DNA of 64,000 nt from the human T2T-CHM13v2.0 reference genome, Homo sapiens. The stretch is taken from assembly GCF_009914755.1 (NCBI RefSeq), contig NC_060940.1; one strand, written 5' to 3'. Positions 63,241 through 64,000 of the stretch are shown here, one piece after another. The notes under the pieces are model-generated. The model was not told the DNA's origin and searched no databases. It saw nothing but the letters and a program-made list of their open reading frames with translations. The position numbers and the translations under genes are program-made. The first letter of the stretch is position 1, and the number at the start of each line of letters is the position of its first letter.

Positions 63241-64000
63241 CCTTGCACCTATTGATTGATAACATTTATTTTCCAGGATGCACTTATCATTGTTGTAATT
63301 AAGTATTAATTGTGCAATCATTTGCTTAATGCTCATAACTTCCTTCTTGACTGTACATTTGTTGAGGTCAAGTAGTATGTCTGTTTAAATCATTCCCTAG
63401 TTCCAGGGCTTGGCAAATTCCTTGGACCAGATGAGCTCAATGCATATTTGTTATGTGAGTGAATATATGACTGATACTAAAGTAACTTAAAAAATAATTT
63501 ATACCAATGATTTATCTCTCTCTGAGTTGGTCCTTATAAATGCTATATGAATCACTCCAAAACAGTACCGACTCTCGTAACAAATCCCATGAATGTGTAA
63601 TTTCATTTTAATGCTGAATTGGCCCAATTTTAAACAGCATCTGGATGATCCTTTGTAATGGAGTCCCATCTAAGTTCCTATTAAAAAAGAAAGAAAAAAA
63701 AATCAGTAAAACAAAGCAAACAATGTAAACTTAAAACAACACTAATTAGTAAAACTGACACCCAATATGCAGACTAATCTAGAAGGAATTTTTACTAACT
63801 ATAAGAACAATTAAGTTAAACTGGCCCATCCATATTTTGTTTTATGAAATGGAAGAATTTCCTCAATATAAAACTCATGTAAGACGGTAGTTGCCTCTTC
63901 CCAGCCTGTCCCTGAGTCAGACTCTCGGAGTGTCCCAGAAAATGGACACTTACTCCTTTACGGCTCCATTCTTACTTTTTGAGGGGACAGGTCCTAGCCA

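Overview
Primate (human-like) genomic DNA with no intact protein-coding gene; it reads as a mosaic segmental duplication. (1) 1-~25.8 kb, minus strand: an unprocessed HERC2 pseudogene with a CpG-island promoter and 18 recognisable exons. By recalled HERC2 numbering these are exons 1, 2, 4, 8-10 and 24-35; exons 3, 5-7 and 11-23 are missing, and there are stops, frameshifts and one dead donor. (2) ~25.9-29.6 kb: an Alu-dense junction zone holding a candidate non-HERC2 exon with an ATG. (3) ~29.6-64 kb: AT-rich DNA carrying one open, correctly bounded 121-nt glypican-5 (GPC5) exon on the minus strand. (4) 37.35-40.51 kb: a 5'-truncated, intron-containing ABHD17A copy that ends at its poly(A) site and splits an MLT1 LTR. 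The HERC2P plus ABHD17AP combination suggests the pericentromeric 16p11.2 duplications, but this is inference and the paralog number cannot be determined. Gene identities and exon numbers rest on recalled reference sequences, not on a search. Best leads: the intron-retaining retrocopy-like ABHD17A insertion, a frame-rescued HERC2-derived ORF of 156-170 aa, the orphan GPC5 exon co-oriented with HERC2P, an apparent CpG-transversion bias, and several templated micro-duplications.
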